Shown here: positions 1-11,870 of the stretch, piece after piece
Numbering within the stretch: the stretch's first letter is position 1
Layout: every line of letters begins with the position of its first letter
Assembly (NCBI RefSeq): GCF_964355755.1
Contig: NC_092671.1
Coordinates: 8,804,001 to 8,868,000 of the forward strand
Source of the DNA: Antedon mediterranea
Taxonomy: Eukaryota > Animalia > Echinodermata
DNA: 64,000 nt
Direction: 5' to 3'
Program-made: the position numbers and the translations under genes
The notes under the pieces: generated by a model
What the model was told of the DNA's origin: nothing
Database searches by the model: none
The model's input: only the letters and a program-made list of their open reading frames with translations

Positions 1-64
1 GCACTGTACAGTACTGTGAGATTGCTAATTACAATAAAGGCATGCATACTGTGAAGGAAACTTA

Positions 65-200
65 AAGCTTGGTTCCCACTAGGAATAATGTAATGCAAGG
101 ACGTATATTCAACGCAAGCGAGTTGACCAATGACAACCGTCAGTTCGCATAATCCATTGCTTGTGATTGGTTGCGTTGTGTTCTAGTGGGAACCAAGTTT
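65..200. mobile_element. Short MITE, PIF/Harbinger-like
   Basis: Terminal inverted repeats (TIRs) AAGCTTGGTTCCCACTAG ... CTAGTGGGAACCAAGTTT in a TTA/TAA context. Related ends occur near 340-357 and 57645-57667. Confidence 0.6.
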
Positions 201-831
201 CAAGCCAATATATTCACGCAATTGAACATTCCTGAGTTATGATTGGTTATGCATTTTTCCATGTCACAAAAAGTAGATTAAAATATCAATATGCATGCGC
301 ATTAGTAACAAATTTTGATTCGTGAAAAATAAATTAGCCTAGTGGAAAACCAGCTTTAGATACTGTACATAGAATAACCAAAATAAATATACATTCTAAT
401 TACTTAATTAATTGTAAGTAGTAAGTCAATGATAGCCTTGCAAATTGTATAATTGCTTTACTAAAAAGTCAATAACTAAATAAATCATGCAACAGCAAAA
501 AAAAAAAAAGATACTTGGTTTGTTTCAATTCATTCACCAATAATAATGATAATCACTGTTTAAATTATCAAAGTAAAAATATATTTTAAATACTAAACAA
601 ACAACTTTTTAAAATTGTATCACTTTTATAATATAAAGTTTTTTTTAAATAAAACACTATTACCTGTGTACTTGCCTGTACAAGTTTGTTTTTGTACTAT
701 TTTTGACACAACCAGTTAGAAATGTATCCAATCAGTTATTTATTTCACAATTATTGCTGGGTGATTTCATATTTCTCTCCCTAAAGATTCAGTTTTTTAA
801 ATATACTGTAGGACCATACGTTAGACCTTAC

Positions 832-1302
832 CTCATCATCGTTACGCATGGGCATGATGACTGAATGTACACAATCCACTAGATGCGATGGATGCACTTT
901 CCCAGACTGTGTCACATCACAAGAACCAAATAAACTGTCCAATAAATTTTCCTCATTCACATATTTTTCCCTATTTCCTGCATCTGGCGTCTTGAGAAAA
1001 CTCACAGCTTCCATGTTAATGAAGGAATAAGATATACAATCGGATCCACTTGTTGAGTTGTCTGATCCACTAGGTAGACGTTTTGGCCGGTATTTGCGTA
1101 TACCAATATTTTTCTCTGGAGTTGAATTTTCTTCTAATTCAAATGACGAATCTCCTGATCCTTCAAATGTTTCAGTTGTTTTTGTTAACAAATTTGATGG
1201 AGATATATTAGAATTGATGGGTTCTTCAATTCTCACTGTATCCTTTGTGTTAGTCTCCATTTTGTTACCGTATTCTTCAGTAAAAAAAATATTAATTTTC
1301 AT
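832..1302 (-). CDS. LRMP/IRAG2-KASH5 (CCDC155)-like protein, first coding exon; gene continues beyond the left edge
   Basis: The 157-codon exon ends GAG|GTAAGG at 832. It encodes LLDSLFGSCDVTQSGKVHPSHLVDCV, resembling the N-terminal EF-hand-like domain of KASH5/LRMP (LNSTFEACDPQRTGTVAVAQVLAYL). The acceptor is TAG/CAG near 1309-1314. Probable 5' UTR exons lie at about 1886-2119 and upstream of 2165. The start could instead be METNTK at 1260. Confidence 0.65.
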
Positions 1303-1418
1303 TATAAACTGCTATAAATATAAATTGGTTGCAAGTTAAATTTTCTTTTATGATTGTGTAGCATTTGTTTTCAATGACGTGAAAATGCTTGTAGGGACTG
1401 TACTGGACTATGTCTTAA

Positions 1419-1676
1419 CCCTTTGAAGATGTGGTATGTATCCCATACGGGGTAATTTACTGTCCCAGGATGCGAGGCCCATATATGTACGGGTTGAATT
1501 TTTTGGGTCACTGAATTGCACTTTTTGAGCATTTGACCTTTGATCTAGGTAAAAAAATGCAATTTTTCGGAAGGCCAAAACATTTCACATAATAATGCAT
1601 TTTTCCTAAACCTAAAATACCTTATCATTTAGCCTCACTCAGTCACTGTGGGTAGATATCTCGCGTCTTCAAAGGG
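1419..1676. mobile_element. piggyBac-type MITE (258 bp)
   Basis: TTAA TSD at 1415-1418 and 1677-1680; TIR CCCTTTGAAGA...TCTTCAAAGGG. Confidence 0.85.
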
Positions 1677-2194
1677 TTAATAGAGTTAGTTAGCGCCTAC
1701 TAAACAGTAAGGTAGGCCTACTAGGCCTAGTTAGTAGTCCTATATATAGGAGCCCCTTTTCCCAATTAAAAGTTCTCATCATTTATCTATCTTTTTATTT
1801 AGGATAATTTACCTCATTTACTTTAGGCATACAATTTGAATAAATAGTTATTTTAATGAATATTACATATAATAGGCCTACTTACTTCAACACTTGAAAT
1901 TGAAAAGCACAATCTGTAAGGAAATCTACATAAAAAAACACCTGCTTGACGATGGTCCTGGCGACTCGCCTTTTTTTGGTTGATTTGGCAGTCTCGTACG
2001 TCTGACGGCCTTACCACCAGGCTAGCTAGCCTCTAGGCTAGGCCTAGCTTCTAAACTAGCTGAGCTGGTGACATTTACTACATGTTATGAATGGTATTTG
2101 CTTTACAGTATTTCTTTACCTAACAAATAAATAAATTATACAAAATATTTAAAAGAGCGCCTTACTTAACCTAGGCCTAGGCTAGTTTATTTCG

Positions 2195-2370
2195 ATTTGA
2201 TTCAAAAATCCCTCGCATAAGATGTTGTCTGCAGCCTCGGTGGTTGACTCGCTGTGTGTGTGCTATGTCTCCTCCCACTCTCTGCTGTGTCACGTCGCGC
2301 GAACAACGTCATGACAATGTCAATGAAGGTCATTTTTTTCAATTAATCGATGAATTTGATTGGTTGAAAG
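2195..2370 (-). promoter_or_regulatory. Putative promoter of the LRMP/KASH5-like gene
   Basis: CpG-rich patch containing an E2F-like TTCGCGCG (minus strand, ~2296-2303), CRE-like TCACGTC/ACGTCA, a CCAAT box (ATTGG ~2359) and a CHR-like TTTGAA (minus strand, ~2201-2206). It lies just upstream of the UTR donor at ~2165. Confidence 0.35.
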
Positions 2371-3665
2371 TATTCTTTAAAAACCAAGTGTGCATAATAA
2401 TTTTCCACACCTCTTTATTTTTCGCAAATTCAGTAAAACAAAAACACATTTTTCGAAATTAGTTAAGATTTATTGAGGAAAAAATTATCAACAATATAAA
2501 AATCTATGTTTATATAAAAGAACAGATAGAAGAAATGATTAGATGTCCAAAATATATATATAGATTCTTTTTATGTAAATTTGGACAACAATATTATAGT
2601 AAACATAGGAGGAAATAATATCAGTACATTATCTCTGTACAAATTTAACCATGCCAAAACGGAAGACTAATTGAACTACCGTTAGCTATTGTTTCATTAT
2701 CAAATATCAACATTTTATCATTACATATTATAATCCATTTTTAAGTATTATCCTAAAAAAATAATCAGATAGTGTTATTGTCAAAATAAAACATATCAAA
2801 TGGAACAGTTAGTCTCTTTCAGGGACATTACATCGCTAAAATAACAAATTTAAAGAACATTATAATATAATATTATAATTTGATCTTTATACTAGTTTCC
2901 TATAAATGAACATGAGACATTAAATAAATGCGAAGCAGGTGGTTTTCAAGTAAAAATAATATCATCAATTCTATAAATGTAATTTAATACATAGATCTAT
3001 TGTGAAAAATTATTCTATTTTTAGGCTAATTTTGTCCGCAATTATACTTAAATGAAAGTAGAAACTTGGATGGGAGTGGAAGTAAATGGGGAGTGAGAAA
3101 AATCTTTAAAACCAAATGTTTACTACTTTCCAAAAATTCTTACCCATATATTTCATGAAAAATAATAAAGAAATTAAATACAGTATTTTAATAATAAAAG
3201 TAAATAATAAATGTAATTTATATTTATTAAGTTTTTGTGCCAACTTTAAAAATTATATATATATTTTAATTGATGTCAACTAAATGTTAAGACAAAGTAT
3301 ATATTCCATCCAAAGTAACTGTTATAGTTTCTAGGGATGTCCTAAATTATTGGATATTAAACGAAATAATATGATAACATAACATTGATCAATTAAATAT
3401 CATGCATAATTCAAGCCCACTTTTATTACTCTAATGTTGTATTTTAAGGCCAGACATACAGACTTACGTCTAGTCTTAGCTACCAGCTGCATTATGCATC
3501 CAAATCATTGTGTTGCATAAGCTCTGGTTATGTAAAGTCTAACATACTTGTAAGGCAACAATTATAAAGACCGAGTCTTTAAAAACATTATTTTTTCAAA
3601 TAGTCATTCCACATTATTTGCTTGCATTAAAGTTTTAAAATTTTACTTATTTATACCATTCCTTA

Positions 3666-3812
3666 AGCTCTGTCTACGCTATCAAACTTTATGTGACAAA
3701 ACAAAATGTGATGAGTCCATATATGGACATATCACTATTTGGGTATATCATTACTATATTTGGGCACATCACACTTTTTTAGTAAAACTAGTTTGATAAT
3801 ATACACAGAGCT
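3666..3812. mobile_element. ~150-bp palindromic MITE family A, copy 1 (Harbinger-like)
   Basis: TIR AGCTCTGTCTAC(A/G)CTATCAAACT; internal repeats ATATCACTACCATATTTGGG; TTA/TAA context. Confidence 0.75.
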
Positions 3813-4005
3813 GTAGATCTGAAATTAAGATTATAGAATTATAACTTGATCAAATAAACAATATAACAACAATTGAATTTCCTAACTCTGTACATAGTAA
3901 TTCAATACAAAGTTCATTGGCATGGAGGGCATCATACTGCTAAAACAAATTGCTTTAGTTTGTAGTTTCCATGGTAATTGAATCTGTGCCTAGTCCTGTA
4001 CATCT

Positions 4006-7000
4006 TCACTCCCTAAGTTCTACATAATTTGCAGGAAACAGTCCAACAATTCCACGGCACTCACCCCTCCACCATCCTTCATCAACCTAGTAGAAATTAA
4101 TTGATTAATTTTAATATATCTGTGACCACAAAGCTATAATTGTTGGCTAATGACACCTTCTTTACACCTAGGTATCATTACTCAAAGCAAATTGTCTAGG
4201 GATGAACAAATCACTGTGATTACTTATACTTATTTTTGTGTCACCCTTGCCTCACCTCACTGCTTTAGCATTTACATTGTGTATGGCAAATTTTAATTTA
4301 AAAATACTATAACACAAACAAGATTGCACAATTTATTAAAATTACACTATTAATGCTGAATAACAATAATAATAATTTCCTACTCACTTGTTCAATATTT
4401 GTTATAACATCACCAGGATCAAAGGAAATCTCATCATCATCGGCTGAATAAATAAAAGAATGCAATCTAAACAATTCTTTGCCAAGTATAAGTACAAGAT
4501 ATGGTACAAATTGTTATTTTAGGTTGTTTTGGTGGAAGATGCTATTGTTAATTTCCTGGTGAAATTTTGTATAATGTACTAACCGAAATAAAGGAAATGA
4601 ATGAATGAAGACAAACAAAAATTGAAATAGTAAACGTATAAAACTATCACGACATAAAGTAATTGTCACTATGTCAACCAATAATTTCAATGAGTGGCCA
4701 AGCGGTTAAGGCAGTGGAACCGTAATAACATAGCCATAACATCAGCAAGGGTTCGAGGCTAACTCGCTCCATGGTTCTTGTGGTAGAACGAGTCTTCTCG
4801 GATAACTATAAACCGTATGTCCAGTGTACACATCTAGCTCATGTCACTTTAAAGAACCTAGTACATCCTTCGAGATGAGTAGGGGGTTACTCCGGTGTAC
4901 TAGTACAAACACAGCCATTGTCAACCACACATACTAGGCCCTGTGGTAGAACAGTAGTTTACTACTATACGGCCATACTGCGTTGAAACACCGGTTCTCG
5001 TCAGATCACCGAAGTTAAGCAACGTTGGGCCCGGTTGCGTTCTGGATGGGAGACCGTCTAGAAATCGTGGCGGGTGCTGTATATACTGGAGAGTGATGGT
5101 GTAATGGTAATATCGGACTAGCATGTGATAGGCATGGGTTCGAGGTTATCTGTACCATACTAATTGCATCCTTAGGCAAGATGCTTTACGCTCATTGCCT
5201 AATCTGGTAGGCGCTGCACTGCTGGCTGCCGTGGGTCCGTGGAGGGCCTAATCCGAATTTCCTCACTGAGGACAAATATTAATACAAAATACAAAAAAAA
5301 TAAAAAAATACTACTGAGCAGGCTTTCCAGTATAAAAGAGTAAAGGAAGAAAATACTGAGCATATTTATAAATAGTATTACAATCATCTTCAAATTGTTC
5401 TTGACTTACTTGCTTGATAATCATATAAGGCATCTGCTATACCTCCAGTCTCTGCAGGTGTATTAAGGTCATCATATGGGTCTTCTTGTGGTTGATCTAA
5501 ATACAAGTAATAATAAGTTTAAAACAAATATAAAATCGAAGAAATTGAAACTGAGATATTCTCTTGCAAATTTCTAGAAGAAAATATAGCTGGGGAGATC
5601 AAACTTTCAGTGGTATTGGACATTGGCTCTGGAAGAATCTTTCTTTACATGTTAGACACACAGCACCATTGGATAGTTCTAAGTCAGAAAACTCACTTGA
5701 TTTGAATTTTTTTTTACAGAACCATGAGAAATAAACATGGGATGGTAGCAGTTGAAATTTTAATTCTCTTTGGGGAGGCTAAAAACTAAATTTTGAGAGA
5801 GGAGAGAAAGAGGAAAGAGTTGACTGTATTACCTTCTTGGCCAAACTCTTCATATGTTTGTTGTGAGTCTGCTGCATTTGGTGTCTCCATCTCTGTATCT
5901 TCATAAACATCTTCAGGAGGTTGATCTTGGTCAATATTACCATATGTTAGTTCTTCAGGTTCTTTTATAGGCAGTGGTGGTGGTCTTTCTGGTTCTACTG
6001 GTTCATCTTCCTCTGGTTTTGGTTCATATTGTTGCTCTGGTTCTGGTTCAGGTTCCGGTTCTGGTTCTGTTTCAGGTTCCGGTTCTGGCTCTGGTTCTTC
6101 TGCTTTTCGTTTTGCCATTAGTTCTCTCTGTCGTGTCTGAAGACAAAAAGAAAATTCAGGTAATAGAATAAAACTACAGAAAAATGTTGGCATGCATACT
6201 GTTTTGTTTGCTGTAGTATATTCTTGAGCCCAGTTTGTGCTTAAGAGCCAAGGCAAACAACTAATAAGAAATCATACCTCTTCCACCTTCTTGGATTCCT
6301 GCCTTTCTTTCTCTTCCCTTGCTTGTCTTCTAGCTCGTTCTTCATCTGCTCGTTTCTTCCCCTCCTTAAAAGCAATAATCCAAATAAATTTCATATGGTT
6401 TATATAGATCAACAGGCACAGAATACACAATCGTCTAATGGTTAGGACATCTGCATATCAAGAAGAAGGTTCCGGGTTTGAATCTCAGTTGGGACGGCTT
6501 TTTCTCATTATCCCAGAATTCATCAACTTTATTGTTACAAATTAATTATTCAATTATATCAACAATGTAATAGGGCATATGTTTATATGATAACACTACT
6601 GTCATTCCTGAAGTCGTTGAAGACATGAATGCTCTAGACTAGATATTTCAGGAGTGGAACAATAAACAATAAAGATTATGAATTTACCTCTTCTTCTGCT
6701 TTAGCCATGTTCTCAAACCTTGCCCGCAGGTTTCCAGCACCACTTGGCTCTATAATATATAATGCATATAGTATTAATATTTATATAGAAATCAATGTAG
6801 AATAACCTGGAACAGATTTGTATTAGTAAAGTAAGGTTAGTGGTAAACCATGTGGTTCCAAATGGATATAAATTGTCTTGACGTTGTTACAGTACAACTC
6901 TCTTCAGTGATAATGTAACATTTATTCTTGGAAACCTTATTTTACTAGTGTTTATCCAAAATTACAAAACCTTTAAACAATAAGGACAAGATAATATAAT

Positions 7001-10000
7001 AATACAAAATAGCTTGTAAGCATGCTTTGGTGTTTTTAAACCAAATATATTTTCAGATTAGCTCCACACCCTCACAATATGAAGACACTTACTAGGGTCA
7101 GTCCTTGTTCTTTGGTAAGAAGATTTTGGTCCAGCCATGTCATCAAAGTTCCCTGCATTTGTGTCCTGGTTATTTTTATCAACGCCAAATTTACCGCCAA
7201 AACCTTTCTTCATGTCAACTTGCGATGAATGCACAGAAAGTTTTTCTTGGTCTTCAAATGTGTGAGCGGATTGATCCATTCGATCTTTTTGTACTCCATA
7301 TTTACCACCAAAACCAGTTGCATAATCTGACGAATGATTAATATCAAATAAGATAAAACATTAAATATTTTGTTAAATAGCCTCTTCTTGCTCATTCCAT
7401 CCAATCCAGCTATTAGGGAAACAGCTTAAGCTCTGTCAACACAATCAAACTTTATGTGACAACAAATTTGATGTGCCCATATATGGACATGATGATGTCA
7501 TATCACTACCATAATTTAAGAATATCACTACCATATTTGGGCACATCACAAATAAATAAATTTGGACTTTCAAGCACTTAATGCATAAAGCCTCTGTGCG
7601 CTTCATATTGTTAAAAGACATCGTATAACATGTATCCTTCACCAAAATATGTTACCGTATGTCATAGTATAGTCCCAGGGGGTTGGTTAGACAATTTAGC
7701 GGATGGGATCAACCAGGCAGTATGGTTATTATTCTATTTCTTGAGCCTCTGTCTTTTTTTTTAATTGTTTGCCACAGTTACATTAGGTAGTTAAAAAACA
7801 TTATGATAAAAATCAGTCATACCTTTTTGGGAATCATGTTTTGAAAGCTTTTCTTGATGTTCAAAACCAACAGCATTCTAAAAATAAATGTAGAAATTGG
7901 TTTATTAATAGATTTTAACCCAAAAGATGGATATAAATGACACATTATGCATATGAAATTATTACAAAAGATATCTCACCTTGTCAAACCTATCTTTTTG
8001 TACACCATATTTTCCACCAAATCCTGTAGCATAATCTGGAATTGAGGAAATAAAGAAAGAATACTATTAACAATGGTACAGTACTATTAGAACTATTAAA
8101 GTATACAATAAACTATAAAATGAAAGCCTTTTCCAATCATCATTCAATATAATCTTTTGTAGACATTGTTGCTTCACTCATGTGTATAGAAATTTACATA
8201 AAAAATGACCAAAATATTTTATATTTCTCACCTTTTTGTGAATCATGTTTAGCTAGCTTCTCTTGATGATCAAAACCAAGTGCAGACTACAAGAAATAAT
8301 AAATAAAAATAAATATAAACAAAACATTAATATAATGCTTTCTGAAACTCTCGTACACAGACAAAGAACTTATAACACAAGAATCTCCTGTTCGTCCGAA
8401 GCGCGTAACAATTTCGAAAGGCATTGTGGGATAGAATAGAGCTATGGGTGGCGCCATTGTGAGCCATGGAGTAGGGCGCCCGCATCAAATTAGAAAGTCA
8501 AAATCATAGAGGGGATCTGCTAATACTCTAGGGGGGTAGAGTAATTGACTTCCTAGTTTGGAGGGGGCGCTGCTCCATCCTGTGAAATGGCGTCGCCCAG
8601 TTTGACCTTTTAACCCTGTACTTCCGATACTGTGTTTTGAATGCAAATTGAAGAACAGGAGATTCTTGTGTTATAAGTTCTTTGTACACAGATTACTTAA
8701 TCATGATACAACAAAGCACAGTTATTTTACCATTTACCTTATCAACCCTGTCTTTCTGGACGCCAAATTTTCCACCAAATCCTTTGGAATAATCTAGAAA
8801 TTTAATAATGAAAGGAAATTAAACTAAACAAAAGCAAGGGTGTGTTAAATTTTGTCATTGTGGTTGGTTTTTATGTTCTTATATGTAGATAAAGTTTAAC
8901 ATGCGATGATATGATGATAATATTTGCAAGAATGCCCATGTTTAATAACTCTATAATTTTAGTACCTTTTTGTGAGTCATGCTGTGAAAGCTTTTCTTGA
9001 TGATCAAACCCAAGCGCTGACTAAAAAAAAAGACAAATAATTTTAAATGCAAATATGTAATTATAAATTGCAAAGATATGACTAAAAATCATTTAATAAA
9101 TTGAAATAAAACATTACATATATCATTTCAGAAGTTTAAACTACACCATTTATTAAATATGATAAACATGACAATATATTACATGGCTACACTGTATTGT
9201 ATTTTCTGGGAAACATGAATAGTAACCAACATAGGATTGAATATTGTTAACAATTGATGAAATAAATAATTTATAAATCTATATTGAAATAATACACCAT
9301 ACCTCATCAACCCTATCTTTTTGTACACCGTATTTGCCACCAAATCCCTTTGAGTAATCTAAATGTGGTATAATAATTGAAAGTTGATAAAATTATGATA
9401 CTATGCATCACCGCTGATAATTTGGTTTCAGATTTACAAATTAGACAACTGTATGTACAGTAAGCTATAATAGGATCGAAATGAAAGTTTATGTTATTGG
9501 CCTTTCATTTTTATGGTTAACGATGCAAATGTGCAGCTATTTGGTCTAAAAGACACTCTGTACAGAAACATTTGAGAATGATTTTTCGACTTGATAGCTG
9601 GTGTGATAGGTTGCTACAGAGTCAATTGGTAAACAGTAAAATATGCTGCCCACAGTGCAATCTTACTCCTTGCTAACTATAATGGATCATCTAAATACGT
9701 CCTTTGCTCATGTGTTCAGCAGTCAAAACAAAAATTATGCTTTACATAATGTGTGTGGTGGAAAAAAAAAACAAATATCAACTGGGACATTAACAATTTG
9801 GCCTAAAGCGTGTCTACACTATCAAACTATTACTAAAAAAAGTGTGATGTCCCTAAATATGTGATTGTGATATAATGTCATCTTGTTTATATATGGGCAC
9901 ATCACATTTTTTTATCCCATAAAGTTTAATAGCCTAGACAGAGCTTTAGAAATGCTTGTATCTCCAGTTTACTTGGTCTTTCCTGCAATAAATACCTTTT

Positions 10001-11254
10001 TGTGAAGCATGTTTATCAACTTTTCCTTCATATTCAAACCCAACTGCTGATTTATCTTTGCGATCTTGTTGTACACCGTATTTACCACCAAACCCCTTAG
10101 CATAATCTTTTTGTGATGCATGCTGTTGTAGCTTCTCTACATGTTCATGACCTACAGCACTCTGAAAGTTAACATTTAATCAACAATTCCTATTAGCAAT
10201 AATAGCACTTATAGTACTGCATATACATTTTTATTTAAAACCTACAGAAAATATAGAACATAGCATCTGATAAAATATTTTGGAGAAACTTCAAATCAGA
10301 AATAAGCACAGTGGTTGCTTATTCTGCATCACGGCGTTAAGTAAGTACATTTTTAATTAATGTATGGACCGACTCAAACAATGGAAAAATCAACTAATGT
10401 ACTAACTAACCTTGTCCATTCTGTCCTTTTGGACACCAAACTGACCTCCATACCCATAAGAAGCTTTTGGTCCAGATTCAAATTGATTCTTTTTAAAATT
10501 TGTATCATCGGCACGAACTTCTTCACGAAGTTTCTTAATGCTATAAAATAAAATAATAAAAAAACTTGCCTATTAATAAGGTGTTACTGTGAAAAAATTG
10601 AAAATAAAATACAGTAGTATAGCAACTATGACCATGTCCAAGAATATTGAGACCAAGAACAGAAAGCAACTCAACTAAACTGAAAGGAACTAGTTGCGAA
10701 AGGACTTTTGAGCAACTGAACAGAAGTAAATGGAACTGAAAAGACCTAATGTGTGAGCACTAAAGTTGGCAGACATGGAACTGAACTACAGACTTACTCC
10801 ACTGCACCTTGGCGACCAGAACCCTCGACAGTCTTAGCTCCCCATCGCTGTTCCTCTTCTGTAATGTCATTCTATAAATATCAAAACATAGATTTCTAAT
10901 TATTTTTTAGATAAGATACAATAAAAAAAGTAAACATCGTTTCAAATATTTAGCTTTTAAAAATAAAATATCTTGTCATTTATAAAAAAGTGAATTAGGT
11001 AGCAATAGCAAATCAATACTTTATATTAAAATTGATTACTTACCTGGATAAACTGACATGAAATTTCTTTTTCGGTTTATCCAGGTAAGCTACGCACGAA
11101 ATAAACAATTAAGTCACAATATTTTATATGAAATGTGTCTAATAATGATCAAAATGAAGATTACCACAAAATCTGGATCAGTTTCCCAATCATCATCTGC
11201 ATCATCCCCTGCTACGTTCGCAGCTGAAACCGTCTGGGATCGCCACATAGACAT
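4006..11254 (-). CDS. CTTN: Cortactin (Src substrate; cortactin/HS1 family), 17 coding exons, ~567 aa
   Basis: Exons: 11254-11165, 10871-10798, 10540-10411, 10161-9996, 9358-9303, 9020-8966, 8793-8738, 8286-8232, 8035-7980, 7877-7823, 7326-7093, 6749-6688, 6364-6278, 6136-5833, 5496-5410, 4443-4388, 4086-4006. All are GT-AG and phase-consistent (1704 nt in total). The protein has the N-terminal acidic [10 protein letters not shown] motif, 6.5 cortactin repeats ([12 protein letters not shown]), LRARFEN plus a coiled coil, a Pro/Glu-rich region, and a C-terminal SH3 (ALYDYQA...EISFDPGD...GWWRG...GLFPANYV). Confidence 0.97.
4967..5082 (+). pseudogene. 5S rRNA-derived sequence (SINE head, not a functional 5S gene)
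   Basis: Reads TACGGCCATAC...CACCGGTTCTCGTCAGATCACCGAAGTTAAGCAACGTTGGGCCCGGTT...TGGATGGGAGACCG...CGGGTGCTGTA. The 3' half is degenerate and there is no oligo-T terminator. Confidence 0.8.
4967..5308 (+). mobile_element. Chimeric SINE: 5S rRNA-derived head + tRNA-like segment + CORE-like domain + A-rich tail
   Basis: 4967-~5082 is a diverged, near full-length 5S rRNA. It is followed by A box TGGTGTAATGG, B box GGTTCGAG, CORE-like TCCTTAGGCAAGATGCTTTAC...TTGCCT and an A-rich tail. A 7-bp TSD TACTACT lies at 4960-4966 and 5309-5315. Confidence 0.8.
6430..6640 (+). mobile_element. Degenerate tRNA-headed SINE
   Basis: tRNA-like head ATCGTCTAATGGTTAGGAC...GGGTTTGAATCTC inside a cortactin intron; boundaries approximate. 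Confidence 0.45.
7429..7550. mobile_element. MITE family A, truncated copy 2
   Basis: Same left TIR and ATATCACTACCATA repeats as 3666-3812; right TIR missing. Confidence 0.7.
8362..8684. mobile_element. Non-autonomous P/hAT-type element (323 bp)
   Basis: Perfect 32-bp TIR CAAAGAACTTATAACACAAGAATCTCCTGTTC; 8-bp TSD TACACAGA at 8354-8361 and 8685-8692. Confidence 0.9.
9807..9945. mobile_element. MITE family A, copy 3 (inverted)
   Basis: TGTCTACACTATCAAACT ... TAGACAGAGCT ends; the interior is the reverse complement of copy 1. Confidence 0.7.
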
Positions 11255-11760
11255 GGTGTGTTTTTACAATATCCAATGGCTGTTATTTATACAAAACAAC
11301 ACATGAATAATAACACTGTCTAACCACAGTAATTAATTATACTGTACTACTACTAACTACTATACTATAGGCCTTATAGGCTACTCTACTGTATTTTAAA
11401 AAGAAGGAAGGTGCTTAATTTTTAATATTAATAAATACAATTATTTGTTTTATGCACATCTTAAAAGATTTAACTTTAGGCCTTAGCCCGATAATATGAA
11501 GATAATTAGATATGCAGTGTGAGTTCATACATACGCCTTGTTGACACTAAATTGCTAGGCCCTGACACTAGAGACTTAGGGCAATTTATTCACGGGACGA
11601 AATCCATGCAAGCAAGGTCAATTACGGACAGTATTCTAGGCTTAGATTTACAGGCTCTGAAAGCTGAGGCCCTAGCGTACTACAATGCCTAAAAACGTTG
11701 CTGATACATTACTAAGTGCATATGAATTTAGGTGCGTATGTATATATTAACAATAATTAC

Positions 11761-11870
11761 CTTATTTTTGGAATAATCTTGCAAACAAGTCAGGCTAGGC
11801 TACAGAGATTACCACTTCCGCGAAAGGAGACAACACCAACCACTTCCTGGTTTGTTTAAGCCCCTCCCAC
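11761..11870 (-). promoter_or_regulatory. Probable cortactin non-coding first exon and promoter with tandem ETS sites
   Basis: Donor AG|GTAATT at 11760; ETS motifs CGGAAGTG (~11813-11820) and CAGGAAGTG (~11841-11849) on the minus strand. Confidence 0.45.

Larger units (their letters stand above)
4691..5334 (+). mobile_element. tRNA-derived Deu/Nin-domain SINE, interrupted by a nested SINE
   Basis: A box TGGCCAAGCGG and B box GGTTCGAGGC. The central ATAAACCGT...TTAAAGAACCTAGTACA...GAGTAGGGGGTTACTCCGGTGT resembles the Deu domain. The 3' end resumes after 5315 and matches the intact copy at 52321-52608. Confidence 0.75.

Noticed and set aside
4967-5082. Functional 5S rRNA gene
   Set aside because: The 3' half is diverged, there is no T-run terminator, it is a single copy here, and it sits within TSDs as a SINE head.
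5974-6171. Hydrophobic 65-aa + strand ORF
   Set aside because: It is the antisense shadow of the cortactin Glu-Pro exon.
6430-6510. Functional tRNA gene
   Set aside because: A/B-box-like motifs are present, but I could not build a convincing cloverleaf; treated as a SINE head.
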